A stretch of DNA of 64,000 nucleotides from Squalus acanthias (GCA_030390025.1 CM059431.1:125056001-125120000), one strand, 5' to 3'; shown: positions 14,143 to 28,319, numbered from the stretch's first letter. The notes: generated from the letters alone by a model not told the origin. Translations and numbers: made by a program.

Positions 14143-14957
14143 CTAATGTTTGGGGAATGGAATATAGGGCTGGAGGAGATTAAAGAGAAAGGGAGGGGTG
14201 GAGGGTTTTAAAGATGAGGACAATGATATTAAATTTAATGTGTTGATCGATGGGGAGCCAAAGGAGGTCAGTGGAGATAGGGGCAATGGGTGATTGGAGC
14301 ATAGTGTGGGACAAGATGTGTGCGGCAGAGGGAGGGAAGTAGGGAGAGCATTAGAGTATTCGTCTGGAGGGGTTGATGGAATATAACAGTTTCAACAGTG
14401 AAGGGACAAAGGGGCTGAGGTGAGCAATGTCTAGGAAGTAGGTGGTTTTGTAGGATATATGAAACTAACATCAGAATCTGGTTGTGCCTGAGGCAGAGAC
14501 TGGCGAGTGAGTGAAATTTGTGGCAAGGAAGCGAAGTTTGCAGCAGTGTCGTTTCGCTCTTCCGGATGTTAAGATGGAGAAAATTGTGACTCCTCCAAGA
14601 CTGGATGTCAGACAAACAACACAGAGATAGCTTGTAGCTGAGGGAAGCAGTGAAAAGTTAAAGCTGAGTTTTATTGGCACATGTTTGGAAACTGGCCCCA
14701 TGCCTGCAGATGATCAGTGACCGTTAGAATGTAGACAAGGAAGAGGAAGGGGCCAAGGATAAATCCTTGGTAGACTCCAGAAGTGAAAGTGAAGAGGAGG
14801 GAAGATAAGTCATTGCTGGGGTTGAGCTGGTTTTGTTTAGATAGGTAGGAACAGGAACCAGCAAGGGCAGTCCCATGAAGCTGGATGACAGAGCAGAGGC
14901 ATTGGAGGTGAATGGCAGAGTGAACTGTGTTAAACATTGCAGTGAGTTCAAGGAGGA

Positions 14958-17698
14958 TTTTTTAAAATTCATTCAAGGGATGTGGGCGTCGCTGGCAAGG
15001 CCAACATTTATTGCCCATCCCTAATTGCCCCACAGAAGGTGGTGGTGAGCCGCTTTCTTGAACTGCTGCAGTCCGTGTGGTGATGGTACCAGTGCTGTTA
15101 GGGAGGGAATTCCAGGATTTTGACCCAGCGACGATGAAGGAACAGCGATATACTTCCAAGGCAGGATGGTGTGTGACTTGGAGGGGAACTTGGAGGTGGT
15201 GGTGTTCCCAAGCGCCTGCTGCACTTGTCCTTCTAGGTGGAAGAGGTCGCGGGTTTGGGAGGTGCTGCCGAAGAAGCCTTGGCGAGTTGCTGCAGTGCAT
15301 CTTGTAAATGGTACACACTGCAGCCATGGTACGCCGGTGGTGGAGGGAGTGAATGTTTAAGGTGATGAATGGGGTGCCAATCAAGCGGGCTGCATTGTCC
15401 TGGATGGTGTCGAGTTCATGAGTGTTGTTGGAGCTGCATTCATCAAGGCAAGTGGAGAGTATTCCATCACAGTCCTTACTTGTGCCTTGTAGATGGTGGA
15501 AAGGATTGGGGAGTCAGGAGGTGAGACACTTGCCGCAGAATACCTAGCCTCTGACCTGCTCTTGTTGCTACAGTATTTATGTGGCTTGTCCAGTTAAGTT
15601 TCTGGTCAATGGTGACCCCCAGGATGTTGATTGTGGGAGATTCAGCGATAGTAATGCCGTTGAATGTCAAGCGGCGGTGGTTAGATGCTCGCTTGCTGGA
15701 GATAGTCATTGCCTGACACTTGTGAGGCGCGAATGTTACCTGCCATTTATCAGCCCAAGCCTGAACGTCATCCAGGTCTTGTTGCATGCGGGCATGGACT
15801 GCTTCATTATCTGAGGAGTTGTGAATGGCACTGAACACTGTGCAGTCAGCAGTGAACATCCACATTTCTGACCTTATGTTGGAGGGAAGGTCATTGATAA
15901 AGCAGCTGAAGATCTTTGGGCCTACGACACTGCCCTGAGGAACTCCTGCAGCGATGTCCTGGGGCTGTGATGATTGACCTCCAACCACCACAACCATCTT
16001 TCTTTGTGCTAGGTATGACTCCAGCCAGTGGAGAGTATTCCCCCCGATTCCCATTGACTTCAGTTTTACTAGGGCTCCTTGATGCCACACTCGGTCAAAT
16101 GCTGCCTTGATGTCAAGGGCAGTCACTATCCTCTGGAATTCAGCTCCTTTATCCATGTTTGGACCATTGCTGTTCTGAGGTTGGGAGCCGAGTGGTCTTG
16201 GCAGAACCCAAACTGGGCATCAGTGAGCAAGTTATTGGTGAGTAAGTGCCGCTTGAATGCACTGTCGATGACACCTTCCATCACTTTGTTGATGATTGAG
16301 AGTAGACTGATGGGGCAGTAATTGTCCGGATTGGATTTGTCCTGCTTTTTGTGGACAGGACATACCTGGGCAGTTTTCCACATTGTTGAATAGATGCCAA
16401 TGTTGCAGCTGTACTGGATCAACTTCGCCAGATGCGTGGCTAGTTCTGGAGCACAAGTCTTCAGCACGACAGCCGGGATGTTGTCGGGGCCCATAGCCTT
16501 TGCTGTATCCAGTGCGCTCAGCCATTTCTTGATATCACGTGGAGTGAATCGAATTGGCTGAAGACTGGCTTCTGTGATGATGGGGACGTCAGGAGGAGGC
16601 TGATATGGATCATCCACTCGGCACTTCTGGCTGAAGATGGTTGCAAATGCTTCAGCCTTGTCTTTTACACTCACGTGCTGGGCTCCACCATCATTGAGGG
16701 TGGGGATATTCTTGGAGCCTCCTCCTCCCGTTAGTTGTTTAATGGTCCACCACCATTCACGACTGGATGTGGCAGGACTGCAGAGCTATGATCTGATCCA
16801 TTGATTATGGGATCTCTTAGCTCTGTCTATAGCATGCTGCTTCCGCTTTTTAGCATGCATGTAGTCCTGTGTTGCAGCTTTCCCAGGTTGGCACCTCATT
16901 TTTAGGTACACCTGGTGCTGCTCCTGGCATGCTCTTCTAAACTCCTTATTGAACCAGAGTTGGTCCCCTGGCTTGATGGTAATGGTAGAGTGAGGAATAT
17001 GTCAGGCCATGAGGTTACAGATCGTGGTGAATACAATAGTGCTGCTGTTGATGGCCCACAGTGCCTCATGGATGCCCAGTTTTGAGCTGCTAGATCTGTT
17101 CTGAATCTATCCCATTTAGCACGGTGGTAGTGACACACAACACGATGGAGGGTATCCTCAGTGTGAAGACGGTACTTCGTCTCCACAATGACTGTGCGGT
17201 GGTCACTGCTACCAATACTGTCATGGACAGATGCATCTGTGACAGGTAGATTGGTGAGGACAAGATCAAGTAGGTTTTTCCCTCATGTTGGTTCTCTCAC
17301 CACCTGTCGCAGGCCCAGACTGGCAGCTATGTCCTTTAGAACTCGGCCAGCTCGGTCAATAGTGGTGCTACTGAGCCACTCTTGGTGATGGACATTGAAG
17401 TCCCCCACCCAGACTGCACTCTGTGCCCTTGCTACTCTCAGTTCTTCTTCCAAGTGGTGTTCAACATGGAGGAGTACTGATTCATCAGCTGAGGGAGGGC
17501 GGTAGGTGGTAATCAGCAGGAGGTTTCCTTGCCCATGTTTGACCTGAAGCCATGAGACTTCATGGGATCCGGAGTCAATGTTGAGGACTCCCAGGGCTAC
17601 TCCTTCCCAACTGTATACCACTGTGCCACCACATCTGGTGGGTCTGTCCTGCCGGTGGGACAGGACATACCCAGGGATGGTGATGGAGGAGTTTGGGA
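14958..17698 (-). mobile_element. CR1/Zenon-like LINE, copy B (EN and RT, slightly 5'-truncated)
   Basis: ORFs 17283-17825 (YRPP, WVGDFN), 16126-16674 (KAMGPDNIP, PISLL) and 15476-16156 (RT); colinear with copy D. Confidence 0.92.
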
Positions 17699-18161
17699 AT
17701 AAAGCAAAGTTACAAAGGATGTTGTTGATGACTATGTTTACGACAGTTTCGGTGTGTGAGAAAGGCAGAGGTTTGATATACAGTTTGCATCGATTCAAAG
17801 AGGTTTGGAGTTCACATTGATGCAAACTATGTGGTGTAATTCAGGTGTGAAGTCATCTAAATCAAATTTGTGGAGGCTATTTGAGACTACCCCAAGGCTT
17901 TGGCATTGCACTGACTATGTAAGTGCACAAATGCAGAGCTCCATTTTCCCTAACTAGAGAATAGTGTGGAGCCGATAGTATAACTTGGGTGCAGTTTGTT
18001 AACTGTATTAAGAAAAAGAATTCAGCAATCTGGGAAGTTACATGCCCCAAATTGAAAAATTTAGAAATCTATAGTTTACATTTTATAAATATCTCAGTTT
18101 ATGAAGCTGAAAGTGAACTCCACCCTCACCAATAAGCGTTAATCCCCAGCTGCAAATCTTT

Positions 18162-20050
18162 TGTAAGGGGTTTTGTGGCCTGTGCTTCTTTGCTATTGCT
18201 TGCTCTGGTCTCCGGCCAGACCTCTTGCAATAATCACCCGTGAGTGGTTCGACCCACTCGCCCTTACGGTTCTGACACCTGGACTTAGATGCAAAGGAGC
18301 AGTAATGCAGAGAAGGACTCAAATAGACCTGGTTGAATAATACGAAATGAATGCCTTTATTGTACGGTGTCCAAAATAATGAAATACATGTCATATGCGC
18401 AGATCAAAGAAATTACAAGTATACACACGTCTATAAATCTTGTTCTATACAAACGGGGAACACACGGCACATCGTAAAGGGGATAACACATTACAAATTA
18501 CCCTTAAAAACCACCCTCCCCTATAATACCTAAACTAAGTCTGGATTTGTAGGATCGGGAAACATGCTCACCACTCGGGTTATTTCGGAATTTAAAATGA
18601 GGCTCGCAGCTTTTCGTTGCAACCCCTGGCTGCCACGTGGCTGTGGAAGCTTCTGGGCACGACTTGTTTACTCTCGCTGCCGCGATGGACCCACCCGGGT
18701 CAGCCCTGATGAACATTCGTCGCGGATGGCCCAGGCTATTCGCTCAAATAACCAGAAGAAAAGGCCTGTCTTTCCTGATGTCATGAAGTAGTCTGTAGGA
18801 TTCAAAGAGTGGGTTTGAACCTACTTCGTCGTTTATCTTCGGGCGCGGTCGGGGTTTGACTGACCGTGCCGGCTCCTACGTGGAATTCTTCTCATCGCTC
18901 GGGCCTCGTTTGGCTGAAGTTCCTGCCTTCTTGACTGACAGCGGCTGGTCGTTCGGGAACACACCGCTGCGTTGCCCTGATGGATCCGGACACCGATTAC
19001 CGACGATCGGGATGGCGTGCCCTGCTGCCTGCCGTGTCGAGGTGACTCGTCCTGAGGTTCCGTTCCTGACCGAATGTGAGCCTCTGCCCAAGACGAGCAA
19101 ACCTGATGGACATTCTTAGTCTATAGTTATACTGTTGGAACGGGCCTTATCTCCCGCCCAAATCAAGATGCTGTCTTTGTTTAATTTTGGCGCCCAAAGT
19201 TTTCGGTATGGGGTAATTGTCTCTTCAACTGGTTTCGCGATCACTCGAAAACTGGCCCAACTACCCGCTAATGTCTTTCTCTTTGTTGGGCTGGGTGGAA
19301 TTTGTATAATGATGCGTCTGGATGGGCCTTGATTGCCCGGTGCAACGACTCTTCATTGTGCATTTAAAACGAGTCAAGCACTTAGTTTATTGTTATGTCC
19401 AAAATGTAAATGGGTTGCATACTGCCTTCCCAATCTGTACTGTGCATGATCTCATTATAATTGTATTTCCAGCGCCTTCTTGTCTGAGCCACTGCGACTG
19501 TTTTTTGCGGGGTTTTTTTTTTCAAAACGATCCACAATACAATGTCTGAGTGGCTGAGTGCTCACACTGTTCTGGAAAGCCTGCCACGATGCCCGGCGGC
19601 CATTTTGTTCAATAAAATGTTCAATTAAACTTGCTTCTCTCCTTATTATAATTGCGAAATCTACACTTTGAAGCTGCTTTTACAAGAAAAATGCCACCAC
19701 AAAATATTCTCCTTAAAATTAGGATAGTGCCAGAAAACTACGGGCATCCCAGATGCAGCTAACCAGTTGCAGATGGGGAAGAAATACAGTCGGCTCAGAC
19801 GCCAGCCTAGACCCTCAGGAGAGTCCGGTACGGGTGGGGGGTAATCGGTAGGGAGTGAGCCGTGGCCACATGTGGCCCACAATTTTAACAGATCCACAAG
19901 TAAAGAAGGGGTCGTTTTGTAAAATGAACACTTTGAAAGGATAGGCCTCTTTGTTTTACTGGATAATGTTTTGTTCGATGAATTATTTAAGGTCAGAAAC
20001 TTTGATTTATGAGCGAAAATCTGCTGCATAGTTTTTCTCTTTGCTGTACA
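18162..20050. mobile_element. Candidate long LTR-like or unclassified CpG-rich repeat
   Basis: Begins TGTAAG like the solo LTR at 61627, with a possible end at TGTACA (20045-20050). Minus-strand AATAAA at 18356-18361, a CpG-rich core and a YY1-like GCGGCCATTTTG. Boundaries are uncertain. Confidence 0.3.
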
Positions 20051-20399
20051 TTTTACCTGCTGAATTCACATTCACACTGCATGAAGTATTTGGAGCCAAT
20101 TGTTGTAGTGGAGCGATAGTGCATTCACGTAATAAGCCGACTGAATCCAGTGCTGGGTTGCTACACAATGTAAGGAGGAGCAGAGCTCAGCAAATCCACC
20201 TTGACAGAAGGATTGGGCCAGTTGTGGCATCCCTTGTGTGCCCTGGCTGATAACGTCTAACTCAGCACAGACCAGCAATTCAAACTGGGACCTTCCTGTA
20301 TGGCTCTGTTACACGCTGGGCAGCTGGAATCCTAATAAATCCACCCTGCTACTGACTTAGGCCAGTTTATTAAATGTCAGAAGTTACATTTTAAAGATA

Positions 20400-20828
20400 A
20401 CTGTTGCTCAGTGGGTAGCACTCTCACCTCTGAGTTAAAAGGTTGTGGGTTGACTTGAGCACAAACATCTAGGCTGACACTCCAGTGCAGTACTGAGGGA
20501 GTGCTGCTCTGTCTTTCGGATGAGACATTAAACTATGGCCCCATCTGCTCTCTCAGGTGGATGTAAAAGATCTCATGGCACTATCTCGAAGAAGTGCAGG
20601 GGAGTTATCCCTGGTGTCCTGGCCAATATTTATCCCTCAATCAACATAACAAAAATAGATTATCTGGTCATTATCACATTGCTGTTTGTGGGAGCTTGCT
20701 GTGTGCAAATTGGCTGCCGCGTTTCCCACATTACAACAGTGACTGTACTTCATTGACTGTAAAGCACTTTGAGACGTCTGGTGGTCGTGAAAGGCGCTAT
20801 ATAAATGCAAGTCTTTCTTTCTTTCTTT
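20400..20828 (+). mobile_element. Deu-domain SINE (SacSINE1/AmnSINE1-like)
   Basis: tRNA-like head (GCTCAGTGG), Deu-domain-like core ATGGCACTAT...GGTGTCCTGGCCAATATTTATCCCTCAA, and an L2-like tail ending in (CTTT)n. Confidence 0.82.
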
Positions 20829-21196
20829 CACATTCCGGTAAGTAAGAACTTGAAGCTTACCATTTAGGTGGCTGCGTGACTTTAAGGACCACTGGTTCAG
20901 CTGCAATGTGACTAAAAATACTGACCGCAGCTCATGGCTCATGTTGCGGCCAGTCGAAATTACATTTCAAAAAGGGGCCTGAAACATATGTTAGACCCCC
21001 GATTTGCTTAAGTAATGGGCCTAATGCCAGTTTCAGGTTGATGCCCTGGACGACTACAGGGGGCCCTAACCAAAAGGGCATGTGGTACACTTTTTATCTG
21101 TTCATTAAGGGGTGGAAAACTATGTGGAGCATGCACCTGAATTCCCGATATGCACTCCCAGTGTGCAAAGGTCTTAGGAGCACATTCTTAGATATT

Positions 21197-21939
21197 GGCC
21201 CAAAAATTCGTGAGGGAGCCTTCGTGCGAGGGTAAGGCCTCCCCGCGATCTCTCACTGCGCGCTGGCTTTTTCAGTCCGAGCTCGCACGAACTTGATGTT
21301 CTGGACAGCAGCTGTGCAGGGCTTCCGTATCCCACAGGCGTAGTTAATTCGTGCGAGCTGTGGGATCACGTGACTCAGTTAGAGCCAATGGCAGCACACC
21401 ATCTTTCATTCATAGCTTTCACATAAGTGCTGTGAAAGCTATGAATCTATACCCCCCGAAAAGAACAGCTAAACCTCAATTAAATTTAAAAAAAAAACCA
21501 TCACATTAATAAAATAAGTATAGTTAAATAAATTAACCATTTTAAACAAAAAATTAAATTTTTGAAAAAATTTAAAATCTTTTAAAAAGTTATAAAAATA
21601 AACTTACCTGTCTTTAAAGTCTCTAAAAAAGATATACCTGTTAAAAAAAAATCTAAATAATACTTAATTAACTACTTACCTTGTTAAAAGAGGGTCTTAC
21701 GCCTCCTTTCTTTATGTCTAAAATATTCCATGCTTACCTGCGCGTCCAAAGCACTAAGTGCACTGCGTGCGCGCAGCCTGTAGCGCGCACGCAGTTCACC
21801 TAGGATCCGCCCCCTTTTGAATTCACCAAGTGCCGGTTTTCAGCGCATGCGCAGTGCATGCAGAAAACCGGCAATTGGAGACAGAATACACGAGAGTACA
21901 CAGTGCGTACTCTCGCGTAGTGGCACTAATTTTTGGGCC
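21197..21939. mobile_element. MITE with internal hairpins (same family as 50178-50923)
   Basis: TIR GGCCCAAAAATT(C/A)GTG with 15/16 match; flanks ATT/ATA; A-rich core. Confidence 0.8.
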
Positions 21940-22711
21940 ATATATACAAAAGAGTGGAACAAATAGTGAAAATATTTTTATGGCAATAACCTCCTCTCTC
22001 TAAAGCTTTGTGGTTTGTTTATGATCTCAGCTGAAAAACTAGATGAGACTTTATCTCCTCCCCATCTATTATCCACCGCACTTTTTCCCATTTCCTCCCC
22101 TTTGTAATGATCCACGCAACACAGGGGACTGAAATCACAGGCAGGAAACAGAGGATGCCTTGTCACTTCCACCATTGTTACTTTATGACTAGCCAGTAGA
22201 GGGTGCTGAAGTGTGACCTGAGGTGGAAATTCAGGATGAACTTTCTCTCACAATTTTTGATTCGATCCTTCTCCTCTACTTGATGCTGTGCATGGCTATA
22301 CAGCAAAGAATGATTCTTCGCCAAACCATGTGGGATAAACTTAATCCTCAAAACACTCCTGTGGAGTAGTCTCATTTTGCCGCACTCCAAGGCCACCAAT
22401 ATGTTTCTGTGTTCTTCGAAACAGACAATAAAGAAGGAAAAGTCAATGCACAGGACAAGATTAATGATTTTATAAATTAGGAGCAATTCTGTCTTTATGC
22501 AATACCATTGGAAAGCATGAATTTTGTTAATGTCATTTGACCCTTTATAATCTTGCCAATCTTATCCTGAGGGAGAAAAAAAATAATTACCATAGTGTAA
22601 CAGAGGTCAGACAAGCTATATTAGACACTTAGCATTCCTGAGCATCATAAAACTTTCTATTGTTTTGAACGGAATGCAAAACGCAGCTGCAGGAAGCAAA
22701 ACAACTTGTTG

Positions 22712-23440
22712 GACCGGATATTGCTGGAGTGGGGCAACTTGTGCTTTGCCCCGTTAGTCAGGCTATTTTCTGCACCCGTAAGGTCAAAGTCTTTTTGCAC
22801 CGTAACTTGCTGGAAGTGCGAGCTGATAGCGGTGTGGCAAGTACAACAGGGTATCTTGGATCTCAGCAAACGGCGGGACCAACAGCGTATCTCCCTAAAC
22901 AATGAGATTTAAAGATTGAGAATGAAACAGAAGAACACTGAGAAGGAGGGTTAATTAGAGTCAAATCAGGTACAGAAAGAGAAGTAGAGAGAGAAAGAAA
23001 GATTGGATTAAGAGAGAGAGAAAAAAGAGACAGAAAAGAAAAGTATGAAAAAAAATGACCTTTTTAAAATCTCTAAGAATAATTTACTACCTGTAAGAAT
23101 GGGGCTCCATTGTTAAAATTATTCAATTTCTGGGCCAGAGAGGTTGATTGGCATTGCATTGACAATTAACACATCATTAAAAATGTACTTATGTTCTTAA
23201 TTACCAGACTTATCTTTCTGTGGCGAGTTTAATGGGCAATTCATGTGCAAATCCAGCAAGTTCTTAAAAATAACAGGGAGGCTAAGGGCGAGATGCCATT
23301 TGTGCAAAGCAAATGGTGGAGCGACATAAATCGACCAACAAGTTCTGGAGATTCACAATTCACGGCGCATCTCTTAATCCCCTGAACTTGCTGGCCGATT
23401 TGCACATTAATAATGCTGTGCATTGCAACGTTATTTTACC
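22712..23440. mobile_element. Degenerate MITE-like repeat
   Basis: GC-rich ends around a purine-rich core, with repeated and inverted AACTTGCTGG/CCAGCAAGTT motifs. Termini are unclear. Confidence 0.35.
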
Positions 23441-23561
23441 ACATGCCCTTATCACACAAACCTAAAACCTAGTAGATCATTCATTCTTCATTTAACACAT
23501 TCTGTGAACAATTCATTCTTTACATGATTCTTTGCATCACCTGATAAGTTGTAGATACATT

Positions 23562-24464
23562 GGCCTCAAAATTGGTTTGCGCCAGCAGGCCGGCTTGATC
23601 TTGGCACAGGGAATGATGGCTGCGCCAGAACTGGTAGGCCTGAGGCATGCCCGATATCGTGCCTCAGGCCTCATTCAGTCCCCAGGCAGCTTGCCAGCAA
23701 AGAAGGTTTCAATTTGGGGCCACTGCATTGATGATAGGTTGGGTAGGTCTTGGAAGAAGGGGGTGACTGGGAGATGGGGGTGACTGGGAGATAGAGGTAA
23801 CTGGGAGATGGGGGTGACTGGGAGATAGAGGTAACTGGGAGATGGGGGTGACTGGGAGATAGAGGTAACTGGGAGATGGGGGTGACTGGGAGATAGAGGT
23901 AACTGGGAGATGGGGGTGACTGGGAGATAGAGGTAACTGGGAGATGGGGGTGACTGGGAGATAGAGGTAACTGGGAGATGGGGGTGACCGGAAGAGGGAG
24001 GTAACCGGGAGATGGGGGTGACCGGGAGAGGGAGGTGATCAGGAAGGGGCGATCGGGAGAGGAAGAGGTCAACGTGCCGAGCGAGGGGGGTAAGCGGTGC
24101 TCAGAAACGGCCTGTGGTTTTAATGTGGAACCCGGAGGAGCACGTAAGTTTTTTTTAATAACTTACATTTTTGGTGGCGCCCTGCAGTGGTCCCTTTAAG
24201 GACAGCTGGTTTGACTGCATATAGGCCTGGTTTACCTGGCGCCGGCTGCATTTAAGTAAAACAATTTGGTAAAGGAGGCATCAGCCATGCATTAGGACCC
24301 CTATTTGCATATACAAAAGGCCTAAAGCCTGTTTCAGTTGTGAACCCTGGATGCCTCTTTTGATGCCTATACGAATATGGTGGGCAGCGCACTGCCAGTG
24401 CAGAATTAGCGCGTGTACGTGGATGCTTTGGTGCTCGTTTGCAGCATCATCGAATTTCTAGGCC
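23562..24464. mobile_element. Harbinger-type MITE carrying a minisatellite
   Basis: TIR GGCCTCAAAATT / AATTTCTAGGCC; ATT TSD at 23559-23561 and 24465-24467. Confidence 0.78.
23760..24030 (+). repeat. 34-bp minisatellite made of alternating 17-mers
   Basis: GGGGGTGACTGGGAGAT alternates with AGAGGTAACTGGGAGAT, about 15-16 monomers, degenerating to the right. Confidence 0.95.
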
Positions 24465-24625
24465 ATTCTACCAGGTAGAGCCTATCAAGTAGCAGGCACC
24501 TAACTTTTCTACATTCATTACGTAATGTTATGATTTATTTTCAGCAACAGTGAAAAGAATTGTTTGTTATCTCTTCTCTTTCCCAAGTTTGTCTTTAATC
24601 AGGCAAACGCATCTCATTTAAATAA

Positions 24626-24732
24626 GAAAGGACTTGCATTTATGTAGCGTCTTTCTTGACCTCAGGACATCCCAAAACACATTCCAACCAATGAAGTACT
24701 GTTGAAGTGTGGTCACTGTTGTAATGTAGGAA
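24626..24732 (-). mobile_element. Deu-SINE 3' fragment
   Basis: Reverse complement of the SINE tail at 20725-20825. Confidence 0.7.
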
Positions 24733-26394
24733 GGGCTATATTTTGGAGACAGAATCCTAATTTTCATATCAGTAACAATCTCGATATGTTTGCATCAGTT
24801 CCAATGTCCCACGTGCACTACATCAAGCAATGCATTATTAGGAGCAATTCTGAGATGGGTGCGAGTAGGCAGTCATGGTTATACTACCTGCATTCATTGC
24901 TCTTGTGTTGGGGAGCATAAAGCTCCACGCATGTGCATTCAGACACATGCACAGAGTTTTGCTCATTGACCCAAGGCAGATGGTGACATTTCGAAAAGGT
25001 GAAAATAGCTAATAGAATAGTCAGCTATTTTCTGCTGATAGTTATTTAAAGGTGGTACAACAGCCTGAGCTATTCTTTAGCTTTAAACAAACATTATTTA
25101 CACAAATTGCTGGGACCAATCACTGTTAATAACCCATGCCTGATAATGCCAATTATAGTTCAGTGAGAAATTGCACTGCATGCAACATTACTGAACCATA
25201 ATGATGGAAAAGGGCCTAGGCTAATCTTTGGTCTTTGCTATGTTACTCATCTCAGCTGAGATGACAGTAGGGGGTACTTTAGTTGCACTTAGCATGCAGT
25301 GTTATATGAATAAAAGAGAAGAAACTGGTCATTATCTGCAACTAATGTTAATCAAGGATGCATGGGGGCAATGGGTGAGGAATGGGCTCAGTGATGATGC
25401 CCTCTTCAATGGTTGAGGACACACCAGTGCTTACTGATCTATCCAGCAGTCTTGTGAGGTGGTGTTGAGTAGATTTATAGTGATTACACACTGTCACATC
25501 CTTAATAGTCCAGTTCCAGGAGGGTGGTTATTTTATTGTGGTAGCATTGCAAATGTCAGCTCTTTACAATCCATTCATGATGACCATATTTCTCAGAAGC
25601 GACAAAACGGCTCTGAAATATTCCATGGTGGAAAGCAGTGTTAAGAATTGCTGTCATTTGATTGGTATGCTACAGCATTCAGTTTCAGATGCAAAAGAGC
25701 TGAATGTCATATTTGTCATGATGGTATCACGAGGAATTAATACAATTATATGCTTTAATGTATTTATGTGACTAGTTTCTAAATATCAGATATAGTCAGA
25801 TATATTTTTCAGGTAATTTTGGCCCTAATATTTTTGCTGACATTCTTAAATAATTTTACTACTGAAATTAAGCTGCTGATAACTGGGGCTAATTTAGCTG
25901 AAATAATACTAATGGAAACCACCTTGGAAATATTCTGGGAATATTTTAGTGCATACTGTCTTGACTGTAATATTGACCAATCAGAACAGCAAATTCCCTG
26001 ATCAGACTGTTAACAGCCAGCCTCTCCGTTTTCTATTGTAATTTGCTGGCTGCATTTCTACAGGTGGGCGAAAGGAGCTCCATGATTTGCCTCATTTGCA
26101 TCATTCACAACTGAACCCGCTGAGATCAACATTGGAACTCACTTTGCACCAGTCAGACGTTGCATATATGGCAGATATAAAAGAGTTGACTATTTTGCTT
26201 TCTTCACCATAATATTGGAAGGATATGGAACGTAATGACTTTTGGGCTACACACAAGTGAAACCATTTAGTGTTCATTTGAGAGCCAATTTTACAAATAT
26301 GTTCTCCCAACAGGGAGCTTTGCCCAGTGGGATAGTATATTGAGAAATTGTGGGCCGCTCTCAGTAAAATTTCAATCTTAAACTTGGAAAATGT

Positions 26395-26800
26395 TTGGTT
26401 CAGTGGCAGCACTCTCACCTCTGAGTCAGAAGTTATCGGTGCAAACCCTACTCCAGGAATCAAGCACATAATCAGTGCAGGAATGCTGCATTGTCTGAGG
26501 TGCTGTCCTTTGAATAAGATACTAAGCAAATGTTGAACCTGCCTTTTCAGGTGGTTGTAAAAGATCCCATGGCACTATTCTAAGAACACCAGGGAGTTCT
26601 GGTGTCCTGGTCAATATTCATCCATCAACCAACAACACTGAAACAGATTAACTGGTAATTTACCTTACTGTAAGACTTGGCTTTCATGTTTGCTTACAAA
26701 ACCACAGTGACTACACTTCAAAATAATTCACTGGCTATGGAGCACTTTGGGCCATCTTGAGGACATTAAAAACACCATATAAATGCAAGTTTTTACATTC
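26395..26800 (+). mobile_element. Deu-domain SINE, diverged
   Basis: Colinear with 20400-20828 (AAAGATCCCATGGCACTATT...GGTGTCCTGGTCAATATT). Confidence 0.78.
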
Positions 26801-28319
26801 TTTGTGTGGTGCTGACTCCTATGCACATGAAAATATTTAAGTTGTTAGGGATATTTAATATTATCCAGAATTAAATCAGTTTTACTAAATTGATGCCAGA
26901 AATAATTATGTACAATCCAGTTTATCTACTTAGCTCTGATATTTGCTGTTGGAGAGTATTTATTTTACATTTATTTATTTTATTTGTGTATCTGGACCGC
27001 AGAGGGAAAATTTTCTTTTAATTTTGTGTCTCCTAATCCTTACTTATTATAAAGTGAGAATCAGGGTTTTGTGTGTGCAACAAGGCTTCTGAAGATACAC
27101 TACTCCTGATTGCCTCTGTAGTTATTCCTATTCACTCAGCACATTGAGCTTACTCAATGAATGACAGAATTACCTCCATGACTAGTTCCCCTGCTGCACA
27201 TATATACAATTACATAGTATAGTCTCAACCATTGCATTCTTCCTTTCCTTCAAAAGTACAATGTTCAAAATGACAACGTTAACTGAAAAACAATGTTTAC
27301 TTATCTAGTACTTGACAATTGACAATAGCAATTGAAAGTCGTTATCAAAATAGCATGCTCATATTCTTTTAAATAATAAATGGAATACACTAAATACCAG
27401 AAACAATAAAACGAATACTAGCTGAACTGTAGCATGCCCTGGAGGTGTGCTCTTACAGAATAAATGCTCATGTTATTCTTCTGGTTTGGTGGACACATGA
27501 ACAATCTGCCCAGGACTGAAAGCTGTCTGCCATAGGTCAATGCTGATTCAGTTATTGCTTACTGAATGACAACAAAATAATCAAAGCATTTATTTAATGA
27601 AAGCCAGTGCATGTCATCACACTCTAAACAAAGGTTTTATCAATAATGCTAATGTCTTACTTCCAGTTGGCTCAATATTAGCTCATACCTCAAAATAATT
27701 TGAAGAAACCCAGTGACCTGACAGAATCCAATGTAATTGAACTTGCTTTGATCTAGATGATTCAGAGGGTGTTTTGTGATTCAAATGTTGTATGTCATAA
27801 GATATTTAATGGCATATTATAAAACATAACTAGTTATAATCTCAATAAATATTTAACATATGAACTTAATTTATCTAAAAGTGCAATAGTAATCACAACA
27901 TTAAGAAGGCTAATGGTCATGATCATTGTAATTCTAATCATCATTAAAAACATCCATTGGTTTGACCTGATCCTTCAGTCTGGGCAGCTGCCAGTTACAC
28001 TAATTCCTTCAGAGTCCTTTTTACTGTGCCCATTCTTTGTATATTTCAGTCAATGCACTTGCCTAACTATTTTCAAAACGTAACTGGATTTTACATTTTG
28101 TAAATATGGTGTACAGTAACTTTTCTTTCACCTGAAATCAGCAAAAACAGTCAAAGTTTCTGTTTGAGAAGATTATAGCCTGCGAATTGCTGTCAGTGAT
28201 AACATGATGCAAACATTGAACACAATCAAATTCCTCCCTCTGCTCTCTTGACAGCACTTTTGTTAAACTAGCAGAGAGAGGAATCTTAAGCAGGCAACAT
28301 CACTGACAGTAATTTCTAG

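Larger units (their letters stand above)
13400..17830 (-). mobile_element. Old L2 LINE split by a MITE (13681-14142) and by LINE copy B (14958-17698)
   Basis: L2 3'-end-like sequence at 13400-13680, RT remnants at 14150-14957 (SGVYQGFILGP), and the upstream continuation at 17700-17830 (FSHTETVVNIVINNIL, resembling the L2 motif HSTETALxKVxNDI). Confidence 0.7.

Noticed and set aside
17283..17825. 180-aa ORF as a novel fusion protein
   Set aside because: It is a chance read-through from an L2 RT remnant into the truncated endonuclease of LINE copy B.
23671..24072. Pro/Ser-rich 133-aa ORF, or a CRISPR-like array
   Set aside because: It is the translation of a minisatellite. There are no unique spacers or cas genes, and the context is eukaryotic.
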